Below the pieces are notes generated by a model. It was given only the letters and a program-made list of their open reading frames with translations. It searched no databases and was not told where the DNA came from. A program made the translations under genes and the position numbers. From Dimargaris cristalligena (Eukaryota), in assembly GCA_003614675.1 (NCBI GenBank), contig ML002411.1, forward strand, positions 1 through 33,246: a stretch of DNA of 33,246 nt, written 5' to 3'. Of this stretch, positions 1 through 12,744 are shown piece by piece (within the stretch, counting starts at the first letter, position 1; the number at the start of each line of letters is the position of its first letter).

Positions 1-124
1 GCCGGGTAGCGGACACGGGGGCGCGTTGGTTTCCCGCCACAGATGGGGGGGCGGGGTTCGCATTGGAGCTGGCTGACGGAGAAGCCGCGGGTACAGTGGT
101 GGAAAAGGTCGCGTTGGGAGCCAT
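1..124 (-). CDS. Probable 5' end of an unidentified gene running off the left edge (MAPNATFSTTVPAASPSASSNANPAPPSVAGNQRAPVSATR...)
   Basis: The ATG at 124 on the minus strand has CCCAACATG context (A at -3). The frame is open and GC-rich to the window edge and is preceded by a pyrimidine-rich leader like other genes here. It is divergent from LSM7. No homology recognised. Confidence 0.55.
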   Translation of the reverse strand, partial: MAPNATFSTTVPAASPSASSNANPAPPSVAGNQRAPVSATR

Positions 125-625
125 GTTGGGAGAGGAGGGGTAAAATACAGTAGTGGGTGAGGCAGGGGGATGAAGCAAATGCTTTCTTCGGGAATCGGCG
201 GCTGAAGAGTAAGTAGGGTAGAAGAGGTGACCAATTCAAGTAAAAAGGCGCCTTGGGGCAAGATGGGGGGGGGAAATAGCGGAGATGGTATAGCCAGGCT
301 GCTCCAGGCCTGCTGCAGGTACGAAGGAAAGAGAAATAGAGAAAGGGTGATAGAAGAGCCAGCGCCATACAGTTCACACCTCACCATAACCCAGGCGTTG
401 TTGGACAAGACCTTCCTCCCCTCCATTACTATCCCCCCCCCAATCACCTCAAGTAAGGAGTAGTTTAGTTGTTGTAGGTCGTTTTTACACACCCGCCTTT
501 CCTACTTTCCATTTCCCGTTCTTCGAACTTATATTTCACTTTTCTAGCTGGTAATTGCCCTTTGCTATTTATTACGCATCCCCTTTAGCTATCGTCCTTT
601 TCTCCAAGTTTCCCTTGTAATAACT

Positions 626-1404
626 ATGCGCGGTGGAGGTAACAGTCAAGGCGGACGCGACGGTGGCGAGAAGCGCGGCAAGCGTAACCCCATTCTGGAT
701 CTGTCCAAGTACTCCGATAAGAAAATCACCGTGAAATTCATGGGTGGCCGGGAAGGTGCGTGCTTTGTTTAAATGGTCCCTTTCCAATACAGGCAGGGGG
801 TCTATGCTACATTCCACACCAGGAAGAGCCCTATCGCAAGCTCGTTTTAGCCCATTCCATTGGCTAGGTTATTATACCCTACCATGATGCCGTCTACTAC
901 CAGCTATAGTATCTTTTGACTAACCTTGCGTCAACCTCTCCCCCCCCCTCATTCCACCTTTTTTTAGTTACCGGTCTACTTAAGGGATACGACCAACTTC
1001 TGAACCTGGTCCTTGATCAAGCCGAGGAAGTCATAAAAGGTAACCGTCATGTATAAGTGCATATATATTTATTCACTCACGCCTATAATCTCATATATTT
1101 GACCAAACGCAATTCGGGTACAGTGTCGGGCGAGTGGAATGCCTTCCACAGAACCACCCTTGATATTGCTCATAGACACCGATGCCTATAATTCAGAGAC
1201 TGCTACCCTAAATTATATATGCTCGATCCATTCCAATTTTGTTTGTGCATTTTCAATTCCACAGCTCCCGAGGGCGAAGAATCCGCCGAACCCCAGGTCC
1301 GCCAAATTGGCCTCATGGTGTGCCGTGGTCCCGCCGTTATCACCATAGCGCCCGTCGACGGGTCATCGATGATTGCTAACCCCTTCCTGGCGGCCGAGCA
1401 ATAG
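626..1404 (+). CDS. LSM7: U6 snRNA-associated Sm-like protein Lsm7; exons 626-755, 968-1039, 1265-1404; 113 aa
   Basis: The spliced translation ...PILDLSKYSDKKITVKFMGGREVTGLLKGYDQLLNLVLDQAEE...RQIGLMVCRG...DGSSMIANPF matches the Lsm7 Sm1/Sm2 motifs. Both introns are GT-AG and phases are consistent. Confidence 0.95.
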
Positions 1405-2363
1405 TAATCTATAGGGTTCGACATTTTCCTCGACTATTTGAGCTTTGGTGGTGTGTAATTTCTGAGTTGTTTTTGTTTTCGCCCACTGGGATAATCCCAA
1501 GACATCAAAAAAGACTGGTGCGTTTTTATTTACCCCACTTGATTAAAATGTAATCACCAATTGACTACTCTGTTTAATAGCTGGTCTTGTTAATGACTTG
1601 CTGTCCATGTTAGCCCGTCTCTAATAGCAACAGTAGCCAAGAAGGCATTCCCGAGACTTTAAACATCCCCGCTTGGGGAAACTAATTGCCTTTAGATAGT
1701 GAATTCCTTTATCCGATAAATCCCTTATTAGTTGCGGTACTTTAGACCAATAGTTGAATCTGGCCCAGCCACTCGGGACTGAGTGGTAGGGAGTTTGTGT
1801 ACTTTTCCCTAATGGGTCGCGGACTTCAGCTGTAATTTCCCTGTAAATTAGACAAGCCTAGCCCAGACGGCGTAGAGCATGTTCATTGGGATATACCTGT
1901 AATGCCTCAATACTATATGAGGTATACACTATAGGTAGTGGCCAGAATTACTAGTCTAGCAAAGTAGTGGCAGGTCGTGTGTTATTCTGGTGAAGGCCAG
2001 CAGGTGAACAACTGCATAACCCTGGTTCTACTGCAAACTAATGTACTTAATGATGAAATCACGTGGCAACTGCGGACCTTGATTATGTTCCCTATTATAA
2101 GGATAGGGTATGTAATAAATGAAGCTTCTCCACACACATTCACTCCGTAGTCAAAGTCACCAAGGACAAGGACGACAAGGACTTTTCCGCTTGTCCAGCC
2201 ATTCTCCATTACAGTGCCTTTCCCCCCATTTTAGATTGCTTATTAGCCTTTAAACATACTTCGGTTCCGGTAAACCACGTCACATTGTAGTCATACCATT
2301 GTCTCTATTTGAACTACTACTCTGTTTGCAGTTATTCCCATTCCCCCCACCTTAGGAGTCGAA

Positions 2364-5300
2364 ATGGACACGGAACCCGAGAACACTCTCCGTCTCCTAC
2401 TGGCCACCGACAACCACCTGGGCTATCTCGAGAAGGACCCCGTTCGCAAGGACGATTCGTTTCTCGCTTTCGAAGAAATCCTCTCCATCGCCCAGCGCGA
2501 GAAGGTGAGTTCCTGGCTAGGACCCAAAGGACCTCGCTTGGTATACCCATTCTATGTTGGCAGTTTGCTTATTCGGGAGAGTTTTTTAAATAATAATGAT
2601 AATATGTATTTCGCCACTTGCTACATTATTAATTCCCCCTCCCCCACCGTGTGTGTGTGTATCTAGGTAGATATGATTCTGCTTGGGGGTGACCTATTTC
2701 ACGACAACCGTCCGTCGCGGAAGGCATTGTTCACGACCATGAAACTATTTCGCCAGTATTGTATGGGGGATCAGCCCAGCGCTGTACGGTTCTGCAGCGA
2801 CGCTTCTGCCACATTGGAAAACAGGTACGTACGGAAGCAATGCCTCCATTTTGTACTTTGGCAGTTCAGTGCGGTTAAATAAGCCTTACTTACCAATCTG
2901 GCCGTCCAGGTCAAGTTTCCGGGCTGTTTTGCCCACATATCCGTTATATTGGTTGGGCCAAAATGCCAACTTCTCACCCAATGTCCCCACTAATTGTTTC
3001 TTTAATGACTGCCGCATGTACAAACCATCACCTGTTTTACCAGTTTCGGCTCGGTCAACTACCAAGATCCCAATTTAAATGTCGGAATTCCAGTATTCAC
3101 AATCCACGGTAACCATGATGATCCCACCGGAGTAAGTCCCAGTCCACTACTTACAAAGTAAAACGGCCTGAGTAACATGTGATAGCCATATTGGGCATGG
3201 TAAAAGCCCATATTCCACGTACAAATACCATTTCTTAACGTAGCTTAGCCCGGTTATTTTCGGGAATTTGGTCCCTTATCTGCCAACTTAAAACTAGGAT
3301 GGCAATTTATCGGCTATTGACCTATTATCAGTCACTGGCCAGCTCAACTATTTCGGCAAGTCCCAGCAAGTCGACCGCGTTGAGATCAAGCCTCTGCTAT
3401 TACAGAAGGGTTCTACTAAGCTTGCCCTCTACGGACTCGGCAATATACGGGATGAGCGCCTTCACCGCACCTTCCTGTCGAAAAAAGTAAATACGATCCG
3501 GCCCGAAACCACACCCGCCGACTGGTTTAATCTCCTGGTCCTCCACCAGAACCGAATCGCCCACGGACCTACTAATTTCATTCCCGAGGAATTCCTCGAC
3601 TCCCTCTTTGACCTGGTGATGTGGGGACACGAACACGAGTGCCGGATCGACCCCGAGCCCAACTCAACCCGCGGCTTTGCCGTTACCCAACCCGGCTCCT
3701 CGGTGGCCACCTCCCTCTGCGATGGCGAGTCCCGCACTAAACACGTGGCTCTGCTCTCGCTTCATCAGCGCGATTACCGGCTGCGGAAAATTCGGCTCAA
3801 ATTTGTGCGGCCGTTTTTGCTGGAGGATGTGGCACTCCGGGATATTCCCGGCCTAGAGCCACTCGACGAAAGGGGTACCATGAATTTTCTTCGCAAAAAG
3901 GTAAACACTCTCAATCAAGCGAATACCGAATTTGTTGCTTTTTTTATTATTATTTAATAGGGAACTTATATCTTAAGCATGGAATGAGGTGCCCTTTGGG
4001 ATAGCTGGCCCGTATAACCTCATCAGCCATAGACCAGTCCGAAGCCTGATAATCTACCCGCCCGGTACTTATTTTTTAAAAAATACGGGGTTTTCTTTCC
4101 GCTTTTGGCCTCCTCATTTCCCCTATTATTTGATTAGGTCGATGACATGATCGAGCGAACCATGACCACGTGGTTGAGCGAGATGGGGTACGGGTTTGAT
4201 CAAAACGATCTACCCGAGGGCCTTCGATGCATGCAACTACCTTTGATTCGCCTGAGAGTCGACTACAGTGGCGGATTTACCTCATTCAATCCCCAGCGGT
4301 TCGGTATGCACTATACGGACCGGGTCGCCAATCCCAAAGATATCATTTACTACCACCGGCGGAAAGTGACAAACGGTCCACCGTCCCGGACTTCGCTCAA
4401 GTCCGGTACCGCTGCTGATCAGCCGGCGTCTGTGGAGGATATAGACTCCGTTGGCATAGAGGATTTGATCAACGAGTTTCTTGAAGGCCAAGTACTAGAC
4501 GTATTTATTGATCGTGAATTGAATGAGGCCGTTCGATTGTTCGTTGACAAAGAAGAACCCCACGCTATTGTCCAGTAAGTAGCTCGTACCCAACCGCGAG
4601 TTGATGGGGCTGGTAGTACCTCCACCTCCTGGTTGCTTTTTTATTGATTGATTGATATTGATGTTGGATAATGGCGCTAATTATATATTCCAATGGTTGA
4701 TAGATGCCGTCGAAGTAGTTGGTGGCTGGCCTTACTCTCGACAGGAAAATTGGTAACATAATTGGGCCATCGATTTATCATTGAATTATACACTGATTCT
4801 ATTTGATAAATGTTCGGCCTTTGCACCAAACTATAACCCCTCCCAGAATGGTAGAGGAATCAATCGGACAGAGTCGGACCCATTTAAAGCTACGGGATGC
4901 CTTTGTCGATGACATCCAATTAAAACAGGAACTCCACACTATCCGATCCCAGAAAATAATGAAGTACGGCCCGCTTGACCAACCCCGTAAATTTGATTTC
5001 ACTTTTACCGTGGACCATTCCGACCGTGACATCGAAGTAAAGGCGGAAAAGCTGAACCCCAATACAACAGCTACCTATGCGTTTAACCCTCAGTCCTTTC
5101 GGGAACCCTCAGGTTCCGTAGCTACCCCCGATTCCAATCAAGCACCAGTAAGCAAGATACAATCTTCACTGGAGCTCGATAGACCTTCCGAGGATCTTGC
5201 TGAACGTGCTTCCGTAGCGAAAAGCCAGCCAACTTCGAAGGGCCGGCCCCAGCGGCAATCTCGACGGACTGCCGCGGCGAAGGCCACCGCGGCTGTAAAT

Positions 5301-5555
5301 TCCAAGGGCTTGTTGGATGAAGTGGAGGATGACCCACCACCAGCCAAATCCGCCCGCCTCAATCCCCCCAAGCCAGAGATAAGCCACGAGGCTGATGGGG
5401 TTCATGTCCATTTCGGTACTGCTCCAAAAACGCGTAAAACACCCGCTCCCCCGCCCACCAAACAACCCCAAGTATCAATAACACGCCGGCTACCCCGGTC
5501 GGCCACTGGTACCTCGTCACATCAGACCATCAATCTGTCCTCGGATGATGAATAA
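2364..5555 (+). CDS. MRE11: Double-strand break repair nuclease Mre11; exons 2364-2504, 2667-2824, 3044-3131, 3298-3900, 4138-4574, 4847-5555; 711 aa
   Basis: Phosphoesterase motifs TDNHLG, GGDLFH, HGNHDD, LHQN and WGHEH are present, plus [10 protein letters not shown] and [21 protein letters not shown]. Five GT-AG introns give a continuous frame totalling 2136 nt. Confidence 0.96.
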
Positions 5556-6019
5556 AGCCGGTTTAGTTTCCCTCGTGGCTGTTGGGCGGGGAAATATATG
5601 TATGCCATTACTTCCTAGATATATGTATGCATTTTATTATATATGTAAAAATATAAGTGACAGTCCCGCTTTAAAATTGGAATGGTATGGCTGGCTCGCC
5701 ACTGAATCCCATATTTTTGGCATTGAACAACCCTCTTATGAACCCGGGCAGATAAAAGATGCTGGCCAAAAAGGGTAGGGACCTTTATATAGCCGGTAGC
5801 AGCAACATTCGTAAAGTCGGGGGAAATCGCCATAGGCATGGTAACCCTTCTACCTGTACATTTTCATGCTTGTCCATAGTGAACATTACTATCCCCGCTG
5901 TTGAATGAAAGACTTAATGATATGTTGCATCATAGATCCGATAATGACCCATTTAAATCGGTATTTCTATAACTTCTATATATTGCTAAACATAAAACCT
6001 CAAGCCGAGACTTGTCTGG

Positions 6020-6694
6020 TGTTATGGTCGTAATTAATACCACAAGATAATATAACCTGATAACCTTATCAGGACCGGCTGGAGCAGTGACAGCCTGGTG
6101 GTAAAACTAAATAACTATGGGAAAACGCGCACTCAGTGGGGACAATTATTATCTGATCTTCAGACAGGGACAACTAGGCAACTGGGGATCACTCAGGGAC
6201 CCTTCTAGTACGCGGCGGATAGGGCACAATGAATGGGCTTGGGCCAAATGAAGACGTGGATAGAACAAGACCGGGGATCGAAATAAAACTTAATGGTATA
6301 AAAACTGCTTGTCTTTATTGAGAGAATACCCAACGGGTATTTATATAAAACAGGGTTAAAGGAAATGAAATATAATGTAGCAACTTACTGGTGCTACTAT
6401 AGTACTAGAATAGTAAATAGAATAATCAAGGTCACCAATGTTGGTGGCTTGGAGATACAAAGAATGGGGATACGCCCCAGCCTTCTATAACTAATAAATC
6501 CTCCAACTAGAAATAATAACTAAGAATATCAAATAAGGAATAATGAATAATGGAAAGTGGACTAAGCCACCAAATGACCCATATTGGTGGGAAAAGATGT
6601 AGACTGACCTTTGGTGATATTCTCTATCTTTTCTAAACTAAAAATAGTTTGGCCGGGATATGCGATTAAAGATTAAGCAGGCCCGGCCACAACA
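6020..6694 (-). mobile_element. Solo LTR (~675 bp) of an LTR retrotransposon
   Basis: TG...CA ends with an imperfect terminal inverted repeat: TGTTATGGTCG versus revcomp TGTTGTGGCCG (9/11, both differences transitions). Flanks CTGG/CTAG form a 4-bp TSD with one transition. The minus strand has TATATAAATA followed closely by AATAAA (~6314-6347). No ORF. Confidence 0.7.
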
Positions 6695-7231
6695 CTAGTA
6701 ACAAATGGCGAGTTTCCTGGCCGGCAGGGACATGCCGGTTGTCGGGAAAGAAAAAGTAAGCAATGGGTGGGATTCAACAACAATTGAACTATAGAAATAA
6801 CCAATTACCAAAAAGTATAATACGCCGGTTTGCGAATAACGTATTTATTTTAATAATCAATTATGGCAGTATGATTATAAATCGCAAAAGGAAATGAAAG
6901 GCATACGCGGTGCATCTTAATCTGTTTCGAAGAGAGCTCCACAAACCAAGGTCTCAAAGTAATCATTTACTTTATGCCTTATTGAATTCCACATTTCAAA
7001 CAGACGTCATGAAATCATCATAACATACAGTCAGTAAGACAATTGCGAGCATAACTGTCGGGGCGTAGACATCCCAAAGGCGCGGAAATATCCATAAAAA
7101 TTATCATATTAGTTGTCGACATTCAAATAATCATTAATTGTCGATTCTATTATCTAAACTATCAACTGAACCGATAGCAAGATAGTTGCAGTCAATTGGT
7201 GCCGCATCTCTGTCGTTCCATAATACAATCG

Positions 7232-7815
7232 GTGGATATTATACTCATCCTTTTATCCGCTTCATATTTGGGACCCCTTAGCTGACTTATTACTATCCCG
7301 CCTAACCAATAAACTCTACTGGCTATCAACGGTCTGTAGCTTCCTCCACTCGACTGATCGTGAAAGGTTTGGCGTTGATACCTACCTGTTACCTAATTCC
7401 AGCCTTGAACCCTCTATACTCATCCCTAAAGGCAAACAGCAGGGTAAACGATGCTGGCGTTATGCCACCATTGATTCTTTTTATGCCCCAATACTGTGCC
7501 CGGTGTACACTTACTCTTGCTATTTATCCCATTTTACAATTCCAATTAATTACGCCCCCCCCGACCTCCGAAGCCCCCAGTATCGCCTCTCATTCGTGAT
7601 TAGACTTCCCCCAACTGGGATATCTTAGCCAGCTAGATCTCGGCCGATATATGATCAACTACGTCCATCCTGCAGAGCCCCACTAACGGCCTCATCTCAG
7701 CATAGACGCTTGGGGCTGCTTGCGCTACTCAAACTGGTACATCATGGACCGGTATTTTATCACAAAATCCCTGGTCGGACTCTAATTCTATTGGTACTTT
7801 CCAACCCCTAATGTG
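7232..7815 (+). pseudogene. Decayed tyrosine-recombinase (YR) domain of a DIRS-like retroelement or Crypton-like element
   Basis: Frame 7269-7625 reads WDPLADLLLSRLTNKLYWLSTVCSFLHSTDRERFGVD...ILIPKGKQQGKR...TIDSFYAPILCPVYTYSCY. A shifted frame reads A*TLGAACATQTGTSWTGILSQNPWSDS. Both align by eye with the fungal DIRS YR pattern LTxKLCWLLAVCGFLRxSD...APKEKRxG...LCPV...ARAIGATLA...G...I...WS. Frameshifts and stops are present, and both catalytic Arg positions are altered. The alignment is from memory, not a search. Confidence 0.7.
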
Positions 7816-9209
7816 CACAACATCCTCCATTATCCCCCGCATAGGCCTCTCAAAATCATTGAATATCTAATATTGGAAGGATTGAAATTCCTCTGATTAT
7901 TTACTCTGAACTAATTTTAGATTCTCACCTAAAAAAAAATATGTAGACTATGCCAAAGCGGACGCCAACTGATCATTTGTACATTTTCGTTGACGGTGAA
8001 AGGGACATGTAATGTGGGCGGGTGGGTCCAACTCGGCTGTTTAACTAATAATACATATTCGGTGGGACAAGTATAAATAGTATAAAAGTGAACACGTCTA
8101 GCTCCCATGCACATCCCGTATAATTGTATACAGCCGCCCTAAATATTACCCGTATATAAGCAATTAATGTTAGCGAAATGGCCTGATACGCCTTATTTTG
8201 AAATAAAAGTAGGTGGTGTGCCGGCTTGGCTTAATAGGAATGGCGCCTTTGTTAGCCCTAGATGAATGGGTAACGCAAACCTATTGTGATTTCTATCTAG
8301 CTCTAACCGTGCCGGGAATGCTGAGAATACGTTTATGCGCTATAGGTAAGGTCAGAGGGATGCTGCAGACGTGGCTCCAGAAATAATATACAAGGTGAAG
8401 TTTACCTCTATATTTCCTTTATATTTGAAAACCAAAATATCGTATGAATGGTATGTGAGCCCAACCAAACTCTAACCATGAAATAAGATGAAGTAAGAAA
8501 AAAACTCAATGACCTACCGACGTACAGGCCAACGGGTCGTTGTTCCTCGGTCACTGTAACCGTTGCCTTGGGGACTGTCTGTATCAACACCCGCGTCCTT
8601 GTTCCCCCTCTCCTCCTATTCATCCCCTTCTATCTATTCGCCAATTTTTGACCCTACAGAATTTGACAATGATGTTGTGCAACGTGTGCCAGTCTGAGAC
8701 CCAATAATAGGGATTGGTCAAAAGGGTGGCTTCGACAGAAAACGGTGTAATAGTTTAACCATTACTCAACCGACCTATTGTAAGTTCATATAGCTTGGTT
8801 CAACACAATTTGTATGGAGGCTAGGCTGCAGCACTTATAATATCATTTTTCGTTCTATTACTACCACCATAAACAATGCCTGTCCCCATTTGGTGCTCGG
8901 ATGGGTTGGCCTTCTATTGCCTCTAAAGACCTTACCAATCCCCTGTGAGTGTGTCTTCGTCCGGCTGTTTCGAATAATACATAAACATCACCGGTTTCCG
9001 CTCTTTTTCCGTAACCTTCATCTTTCATTCGCTTACAGTTGCCCTATATTCAGAGCGGGTTATATGACATTTTCGTTTTACCTCGCGCTTTCCAATCCCC
9101 CTCAATTTTCCCCCTCCGATATTTACCGAAGGATTTCAATTGACCGCCCGCTTATTTTCCGTCCAACGATAAGTTAAATCGACTCTTTTACCATTGCCAT
9201 TCTGTTGTC

Positions 9210-11268
9210 ATGATGAAGTCATATTTCCTCTCTGTATCCGTAGTTGGCATGGTCCTCGCTAACTTCGGCTTTGGTCTTCCCCATGGTATTGAATCCGTGG
9301 GTATTGTGACGGGTAGTCAAGCCAGTCCACAACTCATTCGTCGTTCGCAAGTAAGTCATCATGGCAACATTAATCTGGTTTGTGCCACTACTCTTCGGCC
9401 ACCCTATCGTTAGTCGTAATTGAAGTATTCTCAACCTATATGTCCCTATATTCCTTGCTGAGCATTTGAGCGACAATGCCCATCTTTTGTATCGGGCAGT
9501 ATTCATTAACGATTTTGGATATGCGGAACCCACCCTACGCTTCCGATATACTTGAATTGATAAATTATAGGGTCAGGGCCAGTCACTGAGCGCCAGCCAG
9601 GCCAGTCCGAATAACAACCAGCATATGCAAGCAACAGTAAGCCAAATGGATAAGGTGAAAACGGAGGCCGACTTCTCGTTCTTTTTGACCACCACTAGCT
9701 TATCTATGCAGGATGGCAATTCGTCTGGCACTGGAAATACTCGACTGAAACCGACCCTAAGCTCCCTGCGTACCAACTTCGCCGAACTTGAGGAGTGGTC
9801 CCAAAATTTTGATCAGGTACGCACTGACGACATAGATGCCAATACCTTCCATGTACTGTTCCCCCTGGTCGCCCAGATACTTGACGATGGCCCAAGCGCC
9901 ATTGTAATGTTGGATGCCCTTCCCATGGGTGTGGGCGCCCCTGGCTTTCGGCGCGACTATTACACGGTAGCCAGCGAGTTCCCTGGCCTAGGCCGGACTA
10001 CCCTGCCCGAGGATTTGGCACAGCATACCCTCAGTCACATCTCCAATTTAGCAAAGGCTCATTTGGCTGCCCATTACGTTCTCGAAGATAATGTGGAGGG
10101 GCTCAAGGAAATTATCCGTTCCTGGATCGCCCAGGATCGTCAGGCGACCCCGACTAGACCACCGACTGACATAGCCGCTAATTCTGATGAGCAGTATGAT
10201 GTTCCAGAGCTTGACCATGTAACATCTGACGATGATGACTCTATGGACGAATCCGGATTTCCTTCCGATGAAGATGGCGATTCCATGGCTGATGACGACG
10301 AATCCATGGCTGACGAGGATGACGATTTCATGACTGATGAAGACGACTACCCTGAATTCAATCCCAATGACCATTCCCCTTTGGATACCCTCGGGCCCCA
10401 AGGTCTCCAAACTAGTAAATATCGACGGTTCATAGCGACTGTTTATATGTGGGCCTCGGAACATGGGGTGTCAGATTTTGATGACCTTCTCACCGAATTT
10501 GGTAATCCCTTCCGAAAGAGTGATCTCCCATGTTTCTTAGCATTTGATTACGATTTGGCTTTAGTGAGATTTAATACTGAGTATTCGGATCAATCATTAA
10601 TTCTCAGCCCTTATGAGCAATTCCTATGTTACCAGAACTTCTCTTTCCAAGGGTATGTGACCATGTCTCCCCACGGCGTAATGGGCGATAAGGAGATCCG
10701 CGTTCGCTATAATCGTAAACTCGACCCCCGAGTGACAGCGGTCCCTGATGATGATAGCCAAATCCTCGATGGTATTGTTGGCGACCTAAACACTCTCATG
10801 TCCCAGATTCACTATAAACGGGCCTGGGACCATATAGTATATCGCCTGAATATTATCCATCCGTGGGCCACGTCCCTCAGAAACGTCATTGGACATGCGA
10901 ATACTATTGCCTCTTCGAGGTCTACCGACTCTAGTCAACATACTGACCAAGATAGCCTCGGGCCTACATCGACCCCTTCCGAAAATCTATTGCCAAAAAT
11001 CGAAGTGGTCATTGAAACAATGTCACGTTTGATGGGTTCGACCGAAAATATTAATTCCAGCCACGGGCCGTTGAGTAATACGGCGGATACCGGCGTTTCT
11101 ACAACCAACGCCGGAGCGGGTAACAACTCGGAAGCCCGAAACTTTGGTATTGCTGATGATATCCTCGTGAGAATTAGCAGAGGCTTGCAATTACTTCTCG
11201 AAAAGCACACTTTCAGGGCCTCAACCGAGGAAGGGCTGAGCAATATTAGAGGTTTAACGAGCGCTTAA
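9210..11268 (+). CDS. Orphan secreted protein with an acidic Asp/Glu tract; exons 9210-9350, 9571-11268; 612 aa
   Basis: Exon 1 encodes a signal-peptide-like MMKSYFLSVSVVGMVLANFGFG and ends ..LIRRSQ|GTAAGT. The TAG acceptor at 9570 joins in phase 0 to the 547-aa ORF frame. No conserved domain recognised. Confidence 0.8.
10228..10347 (+). repeat. Degenerate coding tandem repeat (21-24 nt units; DSM(D/A)D/E... peptide)
   Basis: Units tccatggctgatgacgacgaa / tccatggctgacgaggatgacgat / ttcatgactgatgaagacgac, preceded by tctatggacgaa. Confidence 0.75.
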
Positions 11269-11960
11269 ATGTCTCTGCCCTATATGTTGTTAAAACTTTC
11301 AGTCAAAGGGTAAACCTGAGGATTTCCTGAATAGTATAAACATTTTATATAAAGTGAGATATTCCCGCAAGTGATATTAGTAGCCACCCGTGGTTGGGAT
11401 AAACGCACTTGATAAAGCCGTTGATCTAGATAAATTGATATTTAGAATATGTGATATTTTTTTGAGTAGTATAAATTCATGGGGAAGTGGTAAATTTATT
11501 TCTAATACTCGGAGTGGTCTAATCTGTCACCCAAATCCAAATGTACAAGCCTGTGCCGCTGTTGTTGGGTTCTTAATTGGTCTTATGATTGGCCCCTTTT
11601 ACTCCCTGTGCCGACATTGCCATTATATCAGTCCCGTTTCACATACACATTTAGTTGATCTTTAAAAGCCACCCTTCTTTCGCAATACATATATGCACAT
11701 TTTACATCATGGTTTAGCAAGACCTAATCGAGACATATCTGACTCAAATCTATGTTTATATTCAATTAAACTCATGTCCACTAGAAAATATTATTGACCA
11801 ACAAGTATTTACCCATACCCTTAGCTTAACAAGAGTCACACATCTGAAGGTATTCTAGGCTGTTGTCTTATATCAAGGATCCTGACCAGTGCCTATGAAG
11901 CTTGGCACATTCTACAGACTAACACGGGCAGTTTCCATAAAAATCACTAATGTAGTTCAC

Positions 11961-12744
11961 TGTAACACATAATATACCAATATTTAAATATCCATCTTTT
12001 TAGCCAGTTTATTTATTCCTTCCATATATATGTATTAAATTACCTATATATACCCAATGGTAATTATACATCTGTACCCCCTTTTCTTAAGTATTACTCT
12101 TGTGAATACAACTATATTGATTTGTCAAATAATAATTACACTTACCCTATTATTCTTACTATTAGCCCATCTAATCCACCTTAATCTAGCTGGCTTAGAT
12201 ATCTGACCATATTAAGCCTTATAGCACCATATTAGCTTTCCCATAGTCACCCCCAGTACCATGGGATCATCCTTTATCATGTATAACTTTTCCCCCACCC
12301 AGACTCCACTTCTTTATACTAATCACTTAAGTACTAATCTGTTAAACTCTTCCAGTTATGATCAGAGTCTTCCAGATAATAGTAGCCATCTGGCTAGCCT
12401 ATTTACCTATACCTTAGTCTTAGTAGTATCCTTCCCTTAGGGCCTCCCTCTGGAGCCATCCCTATATATATATACCTGGGCTCTATTAGGACTAGTTAGA
12501 TTCCTTAGCTTATTCTTACCCCTTACTTAGTCAATAAACCCTATATGCACTTACTCCCCCTTATAGTAACTAGTAAGGATGCTTCTTGTATATCCCTTGC
12601 ATATACCTACTGTATCCTTTATTAGATAGTACTATACCTATACCTAATACTAGGAAACCTCTTAGCCAAGTCTAAGCCCTACCTACTGCTAGAAGCCTAT
12701 CTTTAGGACTCTTAATGGACTAAGAGTAGTAAACCTAAGTAATA
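11961..12744 (+). mobile_element. Heavily C>T/G>A-mutated LTR-like relic (probable solo LTR); left boundary uncertain
   Basis: Starts TGTAAC and ends GTAATA (a mutated GTGACA). A TATA-like run at ~12463 is followed by AATAAA at ~12533. Its right ~200 bp are homologous in inverted orientation to 33037-33246, which starts TGTCAC. No CpG. The TSD is not convincing. Confidence 0.6.

Noticed and set aside
11961-12140. Alternative short 180-bp LTR (TGTAA...TTACA) with an adjacent purine tract on the minus strand
   Set aside because: Homology to 33037 fixes an element end at 12744, and no pol remnant is readable next to it. The longer model is preferred, though nesting is not excluded.
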